A DNA stretch of 56,403 bases, counting the filler, from Sphacelaria rigidula (Eukaryota): assembly GCA_964200075.2 (NCBI GenBank). It is 6 parts of 6 records of this genome, joined end to end, with 100 filler letters (N's around TTAATTAATTAA, not from the genome) between each part and the next. Parts side by side here need not be neighbours in the genome. Positions count along the whole stretch, not along the records: positions 37,672 to 46,987 come from CAXNAA020008763.1; positions 47,088 to 56,403 come from CAXNAA020008764.1; 4 more parts are not named here. The stretch is one strand, 5' to 3'. A program made the translations under genes and the position numbers. Shown here one piece after another: positions 39,339 through 52,616 of the stretch (the first letter of the stretch is position 1; each line of letters starts with the position of its first letter). The notes below the pieces were generated by a model, which saw only the letters and a program-made list of their open reading frames with translations, did not search any database and was not told where the DNA came from.

Positions 39339-41870
39339 TCTTGATGGCGAATTTGCGTTCCTTCTGATTTTATTCGTGTTCTTTGAAATCCCCCCTGATT
39401 TTTTTTTATTTTCTCTTGTCTTGTCGTTGGTGTCGTTTCCTGAAGTACCGTAGCGAGTCGGTTGTCTGCGTTTGTCCCTACCGCCCATCGTAGTCCCCCT
39501 GGTCTCGTCGTGTGTTTTTTCGTTTTTTTGTTTTTTTCTGCTTCCCTGTGCCCTCTCGTGGTCTCGTTTCCCTGAACAACGTGTAGCCCGGTTGCCCACG
39601 TTTCCCTCGGCAGTACCCAGTAGCCGCGTATGTCGGTGTTTTGTAGTGAACCGTTGCCGCGTATGCCTATTCCTGTATGCAGCTTTTGTGTTCTCTTTTC
39701 CTTTTTGTTAGCTCTTGTTTTTTTACTCTTTATTTTATTTTTTATTTTTTCTTGTTTTTCTTTGTTTTCTATTTTTTTTGTTCTGCCCTGTCTCCCCTCC
39801 TTCCTACCTTGCATGGTCCCCTGTTTTCCTTGTTTTTGTCTTTGGTTTTTCCTTTTGTTTGTATTCGGAGGCGGCCGACGCACCCCGTTGGTATTCTTCA
39901 ATACGCCCCGTTCCAACCCCTTCCCGGGGCACATACCCGGTGTGTGCAATTGCCCAACCACGTCCGCCATCAACCTCCCCAACGGACTGGTTCTTTCGGC
40001 GTACCCTGTTATTCGTTTTCCCCCCTACTCTTTTCTTGGTTTTGTGTTTTTTTTTTGTTTTTGATAGCTTAATACCGTTGGGTTCACGTTGGCTTTCGAT
40101 GGCCGGCTTATGTGTTGCATGTCCAACGAACCCTCTTCTTGAGTACCGTCGCAAATTCTTTGTACTCGCTCGCCGTATCAGCTGCCCCATGTTCGGGAAT
40201 ATTTCTTTTCTCTTGGTTTATGTTCAGTTCCGTTGCTACAATAGTCCGCAAAAACAAAAAGAAACAAAATCGTTTTATTTTTCGCAGGCTCGAGGTCATA
40301 CATTCGGTCCGCCGCTTCGTAAATCAGTACCGTGGTTCGTTTTTGTTGTAGAGTTATTGCTGGCGAATTATCGCGTTGATGTGCTCGGCAGGAGTTCATC
40401 CTTCCGTTTTTATGCACACCCTCTCGATTTTCTCGTCTGAGCGGGCATGTATCTAAGAGCGGACCGCATCGACCCCTCTTTCTGTATACTTGCCGTGGTT
40501 CACCACGAACGCATCGGATTACCCGCCTTGGATTTATCTCCTACGGTTGTGTGTTATTCGTTGACGCTTTGTGGGACGATGTGGGCACCTTTTCAATTCG
40601 ATGGGCCGCCCTTCATCGTCACGTTGGTGCATCATGTTGCCTCACGGCTGCATGTTGATTTTGTTTTCCGGTGTTGTTCGCTCAGCGATTTTCTTTTCCC
40701 GCTTGAGCATTCAACATCGTCGCGTTCTACTGATGAAAGAAGTTTACGATCGTTTGTGCTTCCCCGGTACTGTGAAACGCCTTGGCGGGCTGCTTGCCAA
40801 ACTCTGACAGCGGAACTAGACGTCTAATGAGACACAATTTTTCCTTCGCATGATAGCAGTCAAGCTTTGTATCAAGGTTTTGTAGCGGACAGACTACCGG
40901 CTTGTTTTTGTTTTTCGCTGCTTCAGTTGTTTTTTACGGCGGATTTGTCCTAGATTCCCGGACATTTCGTAGATTCCGGCGCCATGTTTCCGAAGGTTGT
41001 CGTTTCTTGCGTGTTTCACACCCTTCGGAATTTTTATGTTTTTTTTTCTCCATATCTCGTGTCGTCCTCTTAGTCCCCGTCACAGTACTCCCCCCTCAAC
41101 GTGTCTCACATTTTCTTCTTATCATGGTATCTTGTTTTTTATGTTTTTTTTATATTTTTTCTGTGGTGTGGGGGAATGGAATGTGTGGGTAAAGCAACCT
41201 CGTTTCACTGCGTTCTCCTGCGATTGCTTCACCCATTGACATGATATGACTGCAGGACATAGCCATGATCTTGATCAAAAGTAACATTGAATGATGGGAC
41301 ATTTTCATGCTCAGTTAGCCGAGAATTCGCTGCCCCTTGAGGTTGACCTTCTACGGAGAGCATGTATTTGAATTCGAAAAAAGGTAGTGACCCAGCCATG
41401 GCATGAAGTGACGAGGACACATTTGGGATGAATGGTATGACCTTAGCTATGTTGATTTAGGGGGCGGCGAAGTGCGTTCAAAATAGTAGCCCTACGCTCA
41501 TTCTTTCTCACTTCTCATCCCGGTTTTTGGCTGCGATTCACCAGTTTTCCCATTGGAGTATCTACAGACCGCGAGAAAGTGAGTCCCAGAGATAAGAGCG
41601 GTAGTCGGGCTGCTGTTTTGTCTGGTGTGTTTTATTGATCAAAGCTTAGGCCTGTTTCGGTTTATGTTGCATTAATGTTCTGTAGATGAAGCTCGGATAC
41701 AATCAATTTTGTGAAACAAAAAACGTGCTACCCTTGTTTGTAATTGCTTGTTTTCTCCTCTGTGAAAGCACACGAGAGCGACTGTGGTCAGCCCGCGCAA
41801 CGTACGCAGAGGTCTGAACCTGGAACAATCTTGGTGAACACCACTACAACCTCCTTAAGGTGCTTTCACA
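39339..41870 (+). mobile_element. Probable 3' non-coding region and 3' LTR of the Gypsy element
   Basis: Strongly T-rich region after the pol stop; a purine tract GGGGGAATGGAA (41170-41181) is followed directly by TG (41182). A possible CA end lies near 41870. No 5' LTR is present to confirm the boundaries. Confidence 0.4.
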
Positions 41871-42221
41871 TCTTTCACATCACATATGCAATACAATAAC
41901 CTAATCGGCAATACGACGCCAATCGAACAGCGACGCAGTCCTTTGTCATCAGGTGGGTCAGCAGTTCACAGTGATATATATGCCTACACCAGGTTCATTC
42001 GGGAAAATGGGGAAGCTGTGGTGTGAGCAACGTTCAGCAGCTGTTGAGCTGGCCCAGCTCGTATCGGGTACCGGTATAACGGTCGTGGAGCACGTACACA
42101 ACTGTTCCGTACGATATGGAGGATGTACAAAAATCCGTATTTATAACCGAGTATTTCCCCCTTTACATCGCACAATCCTGTTGAGCTAGGCGTCCCGACG
42201 TGCTCAATAAAATATGAGTCG

Positions 42222-42258
<37 letters not shown>

Positions 42259-42504
42259 CCCCCATCCCCCACCCGCCCAAACGTAAACACTCCTTACCTC
42301 CCCTACNNNNNNNNNNCCCTGCCCCCCCCCCTACCCTAGACGTATCCCTGGTATCACGCTCCTAATTGTATACTACTGTACTTCGTAGTATCTATTTGCC
42401 TGAATTGCCCCCACGAATCTCCGCCGAGTGTCCACTTTCGTCGCCTCTCGTCAACGTCTCTTGTACCTCTCCTGCCTTCCTTCCCCGCCTTTCCGTATAC
42501 CCAT

Positions 42505-42705
42505 ACCCCGGGTAAGCGTAAACATATTGTAGAGATAATACAGAACTGATGGGTACAGGTATGGGAGGCTTACAGAACTCACAGAACTGTCGGGTACGGG
42601 TATGGGAGCTTACAGAACTCATGGGACTGTCAGATATGAGAGTGGGAAGGTTACAAACCTCACGAAGATGTCGGGTACGGGTAATACCCGGGTGACTACC
42701 CCTGG
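42505..42705. repeat. Second copy of the TACCCG-rich repeat family
   Basis: Repeated GGGTACGGGTATGGGAG-CTTACAGAACTCA units; ends TGTCGGGTACGGGTAATACCCGGGTGACTACCCCTGG. Confidence 0.55.
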
Positions 42706-43248
42706 TTTACAGCACATCGTCCCCTACAGAAGCCAGACTTCAACTCTTTTTTGTCCAGCGAATAGAGCATCAACACACTTAAATAAGAAACTTATCAAAA
42801 TAGGAAGTACAAGACAACAGTCAACAGTCTGAACACACCATTTCTTTCCATTTCGCTTCAAAGTAGTAAGAATCGTAGGGTCACGTAGCGGTATCGGAAA
42901 CGGTAGCACCGCTGGGTTGAACCGACACAAGATGTACATCGTATCATATCTGTATTTGGCATCGATTCAAGCAGTGCGTCACTGCCGACTATCAAAGTAT
43001 GATAGATACGTAATTTAAATAATGGATAATGACCCAAGTAAAACCGGGCTTTCGCCCTTGCCTGGTCACCAGAGCTGCAACCACCGACATCATCGCGATG
43101 ATATCGATGGACAGCCGACATGCCGACATGCCGACATGTATAACAGCGTCAAATCTTACCACTACACATATTTCGATAACTGCCGGCGCAACGTTCTACC
43201 CTCAATGATTGTAGATCTAGCCCCTACAGCAATGATCAAAAATCGCAC

Positions 43249-43405
43249 CTGTCGCAAATGCGAGTTTCCGTAAAAAAACAACTTGGTGTTGGGCGGAAAT
43301 GGTCCTCCGGCTAGCACCTCGTCGCTAACAGCGTGGCAATACCCGGCTGTCTCGGCTGGCGGCTCCCATCTCGGATAATTTGTTTTGGCGTGAGGGCAGA
43401 AATAT
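43249..43405 (-). CDS. Orphan internal exon with SGNH/PC-esterase-like block I motif (KLFFYGNSHLRQ)
   Basis: CAG acceptor and CAG|GT donor flank YFCPHAKTNYPRWEPP...C...FPPNTKLFFYGNSHLRQ, resembling the W-x-P...C...F-x-G-D-S-x-x-R-Q block of TBL/PC-esterase proteins. Partner exons not identified. Confidence 0.55.
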
Positions 43406-44738
43406 CTGCGCACTCCCACATGTGTCAGTAACATTGTGCACCGCGGCGAGGGGAGGGTACGGGGAGGGGGGGGAGGGGGGAATCATGCTACAACACAAGG
43501 AGTATTAACTGTGATTGTACAGGAGTACGCGATGACACAGCAGATATAGGTAGCCTGAGTATGACACTTTCGACAAGTTGTGGGTAACACGCATCCTCAG
43601 AAGTGAACCGAATTTCCACTTATGGATCACGATCGACAATTTGGACCAGATCCGCCCGAAATGAAGGAGGTGGGGTTTCCTCACTGTTCTGGATCAAGGT
43701 CCAACGGACAACATCGCAGTACGCTCAGAGGTCAGCAAAAACCTCGATTGCTATGCAGCTCACTAATGACAATCTATCTTTTGAACAAGGGTGGTACTAG
43801 TGAAGAGACAGGTACAGCCCAAGCATGGCTTTTCACAACAAATGTCTCACATGCAAACGTTGCCGTATACAAAACAGGATCGTCCACGGTCATCACGAAT
43901 AATTCATTAATTAGCGAATGTCTATCGCGATACCCACCCTACAGTCCAATAACATGGTATCAGACTTCCGACCATGGACAACTGAAGAGGGTGATATAAC
44001 CGGATATTCGCTCAAGATCATAGCGATGACGCTAAGGGCACGAAGGTATCTCAATCGATCAGCACCCTTCAAGTGTTTTGAAATAAAACCCACGAAGTTC
44101 TCAACGCGATTCCTACTCAACCTGCCCATGCTCCAAGTTGCAGCAACCATCAGCTCAGGAATCTAGCAGAAAATATTATCAGAGGTCTACAAGCAGTTAC
44201 TACGGGATCGAATTATAACTAGAACCATGGTACTTGGCTGATGTGGGGTTTTCGCGTCCTCGGATTCCCACTGCTGACATACACCAAAGCCCCAGAAAGT
44301 GTCCTGAGTATTTTCCTTGTATCTATCGTTGAAAGCACAGACCGCCCCCAAAGTTCGCAGTTCGGTAGGTGTTCATGTTCCAAATAGAAGAATGTGTGGG
44401 GCTGTGAACTGGACCAGTTCATGCTGTCCATCAAACTGGAGCTGGAGTTACACTGAAACCGGCGACGAGGGCGCCGATTTATCCAATTTATTCGAGGTTT
44501 GCCGTCACCGGCCATCTTCATATCACTTCTACTACGGTGAGATGAGAACAAAGTTGCTACACCATGATATACATTTGACTTTACAAGTCAGGCCAACGCT
44601 TTTCAGTTACAGAGGAATAGAGCGTATAAATTGAGACGAAGGGTGCTTCGCAGACGTCGACGGAAATCGTTTGCGTCAATGACGCGAAGAGCAGTGGTGC
44701 ACAGATGCATGCTTCGCCTTCCGTTTTTAGGTCGATTT

Positions 44739-44943
44739 CAAGGGCAGGTTGAGTAGAGTATACTCCATTGCGGGGTATTTTGAAAGTCATACTCAAAGTA
44801 CACAAATTGGGGATGGGGTTTTAGGGATCGCTGTCCAGTTATTTTTCGGGTACGACTCCGAACACGCTACCCTTATTTGAGTACCTCAAGAATGTCTTTC
44901 AAAATACCCCGCAATTGAGTATACTCTACTCGACCCGCCCTTG
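44739..44943. mobile_element. hAT-type MITE family A
   Basis: Same TIRs as 13122-13326; perfect 8-bp TSD GTCGATTT. Confidence 0.9.
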
Positions 44944-45388
44944 GTCGATTTGTACAGCATAGGTCTGGCGTTCTGTGGTGGTACCATAGCACATGAAGAA
45001 CGGGTTTGCCGTGAGCCAGTCATCAACTGACTACTTCGGGTGTTTTCCGACGGGGATTGTCCCTTCTGGTTCGTTGGAACCTCGATGTTTTGCAGTTCTC
45101 CGTTTTTGTCGGCCGTAGCGTGTAGGTCGAAGGCTGGTCCGTGGAATGAGGAAAATGGAGAAAGAAGGACGACTTGATACGGCGGGACGCTTGAAGCGAA
45201 ATTGCCGAACGCCAAGCCCCAATTATCGATTGCCAAAGGCATGATGAAGAGCGTTTTGAACATGATCCAGCACATGCTCACTGCACTTCGAAGCGATGGA
45301 CCGAATGTTTGCCAAGGTTTGTTGTTTCGTTGCAGATCCGAGAACGAAAATAACAAACAGTAACCCGCGACCACAAAATACAAAGTAC

Positions 45389-45593
45389 CAAGGGCAGGTC
45401 GAGTAGAGTATACTCAATTGCGGGGTATTTTGAAAGGGGCACTTGAGGTACTCAAATTAGGGTAGAGTGTTAGGAGTTGCATCCAAAAAGTAAGTAGGAA
45501 GCGACCCCTAATACCCTACCTTCAATCTGTGTACTTTGAGTACGACTTTTGAAATACCCTACAATTGAGTATACTCTACTCGACCTGCCCTTC
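45389..45593. mobile_element. hAT-type MITE family A
   Basis: Same TIRs; perfect 8-bp TSD CAAAGTAC. Confidence 0.9.
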
Positions 45594-46987
45594 CAAAGTA
45601 CACCATGGCTTGCTATTCAATTACATGCGTGTTTGTCGGCCCGGACGTGAATAATTTTGCGCTCTTAATTCCCACATGCTTTCAGCCCTAGCTTACTTGT
45701 TCCCATCCTCCGCTTCTCAACAAGAGTCTCTGCCGGTCCATGCTACGGATGGATGATTTCCGAATCGCTCACCGCTTTGAATGAGATTTCTATGTCACCT
45801 AAGCCTCTTAGCTCCTTCATGTGAAGGGTTACATTTTTTACATCCACATTTTTGAAGGGAAGAGGAGCCAAATACCGTAACTTTCCTTGCCTCCGGCGGG
45901 GCTACCGCGACGCCCCCTCACCAGCGAGGGGGGGGGGCGCCGCCGCCAATTTTTCTACAGTTGATAGGCGATTCCGATTAACTCTAAAAACATCGATGTA
46001 CTGGTCGCGAGCGCGGCCAGTTTAAACTTGATTGGCCAGAGCTGCCAGTTTACAGCCCTGAAAACGGGTGGGTTCGAACTATTTCAAAATCTTTCTGTCA
46101 TTCACCTGCTTCCAAGGGTCTTCAAGGTGAGACTCCTGGAAGACCCTACAGAATGCCTTGAAACGCAAAAACAGAAATCTACGCATCTCGGAGTAGTCCA
46201 TGAAATATCCGTAGAAAGGCTCGTTACACAACTCGGAAAGCTGATGCAATGGGATCGTGTTCACTTCATACGCACCCGACAAGTCCGTTTTCAGCCTTAC
46301 ATCAAGCAGTCAAGAGTTTGTGCCTCCAAATCTCACCTCATCACACAAGAGGGAAGAAGCTAACGCCGTCTTCTGGAGTCCCACTCTGAAAAAATGCACA
46401 CGAATACTTCGAGTCATCACGACAACATCGAAGGTTGGTATTTATTATTTCACCATTTTTTGCCGATTACCAGGGATCCCAGAAGGGAATTTGATCCGCC
46501 AGGACCCTGGGACCCGATGACCGGTGAAAAAGGCAAGAAGAAAAAGATCTTCATCTTCGAACGTTTCGCAACAATATAGAGATGCATGCAAAATTTTCAG
46601 AGTCTCCCTCCAAGAAGGGGCGTGAAGTTTGGCGGGTAAATGAGTTATGGGTGCCAAACATGAAAACGCCCATGCTGCTCAGGTGAAAAAAATAGTCGGC
46701 GTCTATTTTCCACGCATCGAACAGGAATTTGGGTTGACTCATTCAAATAGAGTGTGCCTGCACAAAGGATGGGCCCAATATGAGGTATGGGCTCCTGTGC
46801 GTGCACCGGGTAAGCAATCACCGAGCTTCAGAGTGAGGGTAGTCAGCCTGGAGCATGACGGAGGCTGACCGTTACCATACTCCGTAGCGGTCAACCTCCA
46901 GCAGAAAGATCGAAGTATTACACGGTTAGGACAAATCATCACCACTCAAAATCACCAAATTCACGATTTCTTCTGCCTGATTGCCCG

Positions 46988-47087
46988 NNNNNNNNNNNNN
47001 NNNNNNNNNNNNNNNNNNNNNNNNNNNNNNNTTAATTAATTAANNNNNNNNNNNNNNNNNNNNNNNNNNNNNNNNNNNNNNNNNNNN
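46988..47087. other. Artificial assembly linker
   Basis: N44-TTAATTAATTAA-N44. Confidence 0.98.
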
Positions 47088-47088
47088 C

Positions 47089-50000
47089 AGAGCAGTGGAA
47101 GGCATGAGAGTGGCGAACAGGTTCACCCACCTGGGGCAACTGAAGGGCTCGGCTGGGGGCTACATGATCAAGGGTGACCCCATTTATTCGCTCACCGCAA
47201 ACAACAAAGGCCTCATGGTGAGGGAGCGTCGATAGTCGGGTCATACTTCAACACGTGTTGGACCCGCATTGAACAGCATGTTGCAGGCGTGGAGCTGGAT
47301 TGCAACACTACATTATTTCGCGTATACTCGCCCGATTGTTGATCCCCTCAACAGGACGGGGATAAGATACGTGGAAGGTTTTCGTGTAATGTATGAAAGA
47401 AACGTCATGAGCTACGGGAAGAAACGTAATGGGCGCCAAAATGTTGGAGGTGTCTCTATTAGGAGTAGGAACGGCCCTCCGTCTAGAAATGGATGCGTGG
47501 TAAATGATGAAACGTCTAAGGCAAGCAACAAATGAGAACGCTCCCCCCCAACATGATCATCACCACGCGCCTCCAACATCACTTCCGTACAGGTGAGGTT
47601 CAGCAATCTCGAGTCCATCGAAGATTACCATCCCGGGATGGAGGAGTTCATGTCTTGGGAGGATGCCACCGGCGAGTGGGTAAACGTCGAGATTGTCACG
47701 GTCTTCGGAGAGTCGATGGAGGTGAGCGCCGTGTACCGTCCTTCGAATGTTTGCACTGTGTACCACTGCTGTTGTAGTCCTCCTCGCTACATGTACTATA
47801 CCCAAGCTCAACTTGTTGGTCGCCGTCTCGCGTACAAGAAAAGCTCATGTTCGTGTGTTTGTGTGTGCTTTGCTGGGCCACAGGTCTTCATTTCTGGAGC
47901 GGTGACCGGCCATGCGATCTGGCCCCAGAACTTGAAGCCCGTTGCCTGGCACAGAGACTCTGAGATGGTCCGTATGAAGCTTGGTCTATACCACTCACCC
48001 GGCAACGTCCACGACGGAGAGGTGAGTGCGTCGGTAGTGCCTCCCGAAGAGTGAGGAGACATCCGTACTCATGTGGCTGACGGGGGCGTCAAGTGGATTG
48101 GAATGGAGTCGGTGGACTGTGTATGTAGTCACAATCGTGGGTACTCGACGAGACGAAGGAATACACATGGCTCACGGGGAACTGCGGTCTTCACAAGTAC
48201 ATCTCTGTGCCCTTCCGAGGGACAAGGTATGTATGGCGCACGCCTTGCACACTCCGTCACGGCGACTGAAAAAAACACCCCTCCCTGTGTCAGGTGGAGT
48301 ACAAGAACATCTCTATCGAGGGTCCTAACGGCATCATCAGGACTTCCCCCGAACCCACGGGAGCGGCAGGTGCTCATATGATTGGATGCTTCAAGGACGT
48401 GAGCAGTGACCGCATCCTCGAGAACAAGTGGGAGCACCCCGACATGACTGCAGAGGTGAGCATACGTTTCGAGTGAAGCCGACCATGGTCTGTGGGCGGT
48501 GAGCGTCAAATGCGCGCCCCGAGAGGTGGGGCTCAAGCCTATGCGTTGGTAGAACCCGTACACAGGCCTAGGTTTTGGATCTGTTTGACCTTGACGGATT
48601 CGGACCAAAACCAGATTATTCTGGTGATGAATCGTACAGTCACGGCAGTTGTCATCACTCTGACCTCGTTACAAGTGCACAAGGGTTGACATCTCTCAGC
48701 CCAACCCCGCCCCGCCCCGCCCCGGAACTAAAGGACAGCCTAGCGTTCGTGACACACGCGGTACGATTCGGTCACCGTCTTGGAGTACGAACTTGAAACG
48801 GCCATGTAGCCTTGGGGTGTTGTCCATCTGGTTTCATTGACGAGTCCGCTCAAGTCGTTTGTTGCGCTGGAGCCGGTCAAGCATTTGTTTTCGACCCTGT
48901 ACTGCGTCGACAACCTATCAATGATCTATCCTCATGTTCGAATTTCTATCGATAACCGACTGGAGGTTATTATCCTTGCGACAAGTTGACGATAGCGCGT
49001 AATCACCCGTGTAAACGGCAGTCACTACACTGGTGGCATCGGCAGAACTGTCGCAGGCGTCGGGAAGTATACGGTCAGGTCAACAGAGTTTTCGCGAGAT
49101 GCAACCTCTCCTGACAAGACGTCACTACACATCCCGTCGCCGCCCGTTTCCGCTGTTTTGTCGCTGATATGATCAGATGTGCTCCAACTACTGCGAGGGA
49201 AACGTGTACTTCGGAACTCAGTACAGCAACGAGGTGCGCGGTCTCGTGGCCGTTCTTCTGCCTGAGTAAAATAATCGGAAGGGTGTGTTGCGTAGGGTTT
49301 CCAGTCTCCCGAATCTCGTATTGCGTAGTTCATCCTGGTATTCGCTTGCGTATCACGTTCTTGACATGATGTGCGGTAGAAAATAATCGAACCTGAATCC
49401 CCCCGCTTGTCCCCTATCCCTCGACCTTTCACTTATGTTGTTGTACCGGGGAGAGGTGGATTGACCCTTCGAGATCACGGACTCGCCCCGAGGAAGAGGG
49501 GGGATTCAAAGTGCGACATGTGAAGACAGATGAAATACACTGAAATAATGTTGACGGATGGATGCCCGGGTGTCGACCTTCTACAACCCGAACACACCCT
49601 GCAGAGATCCAACGCTCAACTTTCGCACGTGCCGTCGCCGTCCTCATTGACGCAGTGCTGGTGCGGTAACGAAGATTCTGTCATCGGTAAGCATGGCACG
49701 ACCCAGTGCACCATGATGTGCGCCGGCGCGGCAGACGAGACGTGCGGTGGGAGACTGGCGATGAACGTGTACAAAAGAGGTGGGGTGCCTGCCGACTACC
49801 CAGGGAGCATCAAATACCTCGGCTGTTTCAAGGACTACGGCTACGACCGCGCGCTCACTTACGGCACCCGCAGGGTCCGCTCCAATGGCATGACCTACGA
49901 TGTAAGTCAAATTGCATCAAGTGGTATACGAATTTGTGTGCTGCACATACACTGAGGTCCTGAGAACATATGGGGCTGGATTGGGGTGCAACATACGTAC

Positions 50001-50746
50001 ACGAAGAAGTTTAGGTGGACGCGTCTCACCTTGACAATTCCGTCAAAATGTTTTTCACACTGAATGCAGCGGGTGTGTGCTTGTGGAAGGTATCGGGATT
50101 TTGCGTGCGCTGTCACTCAATCCGTCATCACTTGCTTCTAATTCATTTCTTTCCCCTGCGCGTGCCCTACTACCCCTCTGATTGCTCCGTCGTGATACGA
50201 TGCGTGTTAGGACTGTCTGGAGTACTGCGGATCAAAGGGGTCGGGCACGCACATGGGCCTTCAGTTCGGCAAAGAGTGAGTGTGTTGTGATCTGTGTAAT
50301 ATTAATATTGCATACGCTGGACATTGGATTCCATTGTACAAACATGTACTGCACACGGTATGAAACCTACTGTAATGCAATAGGCGCAATAGTCGATACT
50401 GTACGCAGTATACTTTTTAACCGTGTATTCCACTGTCCAGAGTGTGTAATATTGAATCACAACCGTCATCAGGGTGACGAAGCGAGCTGATTGAAAAACC
50501 AGTCAGTCGTTCCGCAGCTCTAGCAAACAGCGGTTTCTACGTTGAGGACACGACCTACTGTTGCGCTCGAGCATTCAATCACGGGCCCAATGCGTGTGCT
50601 CCCCTGAATACACCAGGTGCTACTGCGGTAATGCGGACGACAACCACGCGAAGCACGGTGAAGCAGTCTGCCACATGCCTTGCTCGGGAAACTCGAACTC
50701 CATCTGCGGTGGCGGAAAGGCCATGAGCGTGTTCAGGATCGATTAG
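47089..50746 (+). CDS. Putative polysaccharide (alginate?) lyase-like jelly-roll domain fused to two C-terminal WSC domains; 5'-truncated at contig start
   Basis: Exons: 47089-47217 (FTHLGQLKG...PIYSLTA), 47593-47721 (ATGEWVNVEI), 47884-48021 (MVRMKLGLYH), 48294-48455 (VEYKNISI...IGCFKDVSSDRIL), 49177-49233 (MCSNYCEGNVYFGTQYSNE), 49656-49901 (CWCGN...CTMMCAGAADETCGG...YLGCFKD), 50211-50275 (DCLEYC...GLQFGKE), 50617-50746 (CYCGN...CHMPCSGNSNSICGG, TAG). All junctions are GT-AG and in phase. The two WSC cysteine patterns are clear; the lyase call is less certain. Confidence 0.85.
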
Positions 50747-52616
50747 ACTATACTGCGAACAATTGCGAGCAACAGCGTCGATGTTGGTGTTTTTTCCTAG
50801 ATTGTGAGGGAAGACGCACACGCCTGTGGACGCCGCACAACTGGGCTGTAATCCCGAGGGAAGACGCTCATTGTCCTCCCTTCCCCCGATGCATTTTCAC
50901 ACAACCCTTGGTGATATCTACAGGCACGGCAGCGCCCCCTCATACCCAGGCAAATTTGTACTACGAATGAAACGAGTGAGGATGACTGCCGTGTCCACCC
51001 CGCTGTATGTCTTGTAGAGACGCATAAACACGTACATCTAGCCAAGTGATTTAGATGCTAGGATAGGACTCGATTCGTCAAGTGAGACTAGAGAGGGGAT
51101 CTTCTCTCCGCTGCGCGAGCCCTCGGGTTTCATATACATCAAACCTGATGACGATACGAATGGGTCAGGACTTTCCGTGTGTTGTAGGCAGCCAGGACAG
51201 AGTCAATCAGCAACGCGACCCTGAATGGGTTTGATATCTGTACGCTAACAGGGTTGCCACCGTAGAATTGTAGTATTGCCCGCAAGCGAGTTTTTGTTAC
51301 TCTTGTTTCGATTGCAGGATGTATGTGCATAAAATTGAGTGCCTTTTTGATGAGTAGGTTTGGACTTGTATGTTTCTACCGTCCGTAGGTTTGTCTGATT
51401 CTCATATCATGAGATGAATCGAACCTGTACATATCAACCGGAAGATGAATCGGCGACATGGTCCGTCAGACGTTTTCTACTTTGGTTCTGTCTCAAGCCA
51501 TGAGCATCCATGTTCTTGAGCAGAGCGGTACGTTCGTTGCCGCTGTATGATAACTGGGTTGTGGGTCCACCACTGATGTGGAGTGGGTGTCGGTAATACA
51601 GCGCATTGCTGGTATGTGCCGAGAAGGTGTAAAGTGGGGCAGACCATTTCCGAGGCGTTTGCTCCAGCACTAGGGAAAAAAGAGGGCAGCGTATAAGTTA
51701 ACGTGCATCGCACTGTTGCGGAAATGAACATGGTGTTCGCGTCACACCCGAGTGTGAGGGAAGAAGGGTACAACAGTATACATGCGATGCGGAGTGTCGC
51801 TCTGTGCATGGAAGTGTTTCAAATACAACTCGTCTCCACTAGGAGGGATTCATTTCTCATCGTTCTTTTATGTGAAACGCTGCGATGGAATTGAACAAAT
51901 GCTCCCGGACTACTAATCGACGTCGCCGATGGTCATGAAAAAACATATGGGTGCGCAACTTGACCGGCCTATTGGCATTGGGAAAATAGTTACACCGTTG
52001 AAGCCGGCATCAGAAGTGGACAAAGTGTGAGGTTGCTCTCAGAAATGTAGGGCAGTCGAGCCGACGTGAACATAGCGTACCGAAGTTGAGGTCTTCTATA
52101 CCCGCCACTCTGAATTGGGAAATACTGTCGTCCAATATGTCCCATATGGTTTTCCCTCGACCCATGTTTGGAAAGTCAATTTTCGATGATGGAAAGTTCG
52201 ACGAAAGAGGGAGATTTTGAAGCTTTTAGGTCGGCCATCATGTCCGCATTGTGTATGGTCTGCTGACACATAACAATTTGTGTCACCCATCAATGCTCTT
52301 CACCGACAGAAAATGTTCCGCTACGGTACACCCTCCGTTCTCCCTGCTCCCAGCCGCCTCAGCGCCCTTTTGTGCTCCTAGGAAAACCCTTCCCAAGAGG
52401 CGTACTTTCGAAGTACAGCGCCGATTTTAGACAAAATATGAGGTTTGAGCTAGTAGGGACAGCTCTCGGAGAAAAGAAACGCTGTAAACCCGTTTGATAT
52501 CTTTCGATATTTGGTGCGACCAGTTGGACCTTTTGACCGGGAAACCATTTATTTTGCACACAACGACGAAGACGCTATACATCCCCGAGATTCGTATGTT
52601 TTTCTTGCCAGCACTC

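Noticed and set aside
39224-40440. Long ORFs (252 aa Lys-rich on minus, 241 aa Phe-rich on plus)
   Set aside because: By-products of the T-rich low-complexity retrotransposon 3' region; no motifs.
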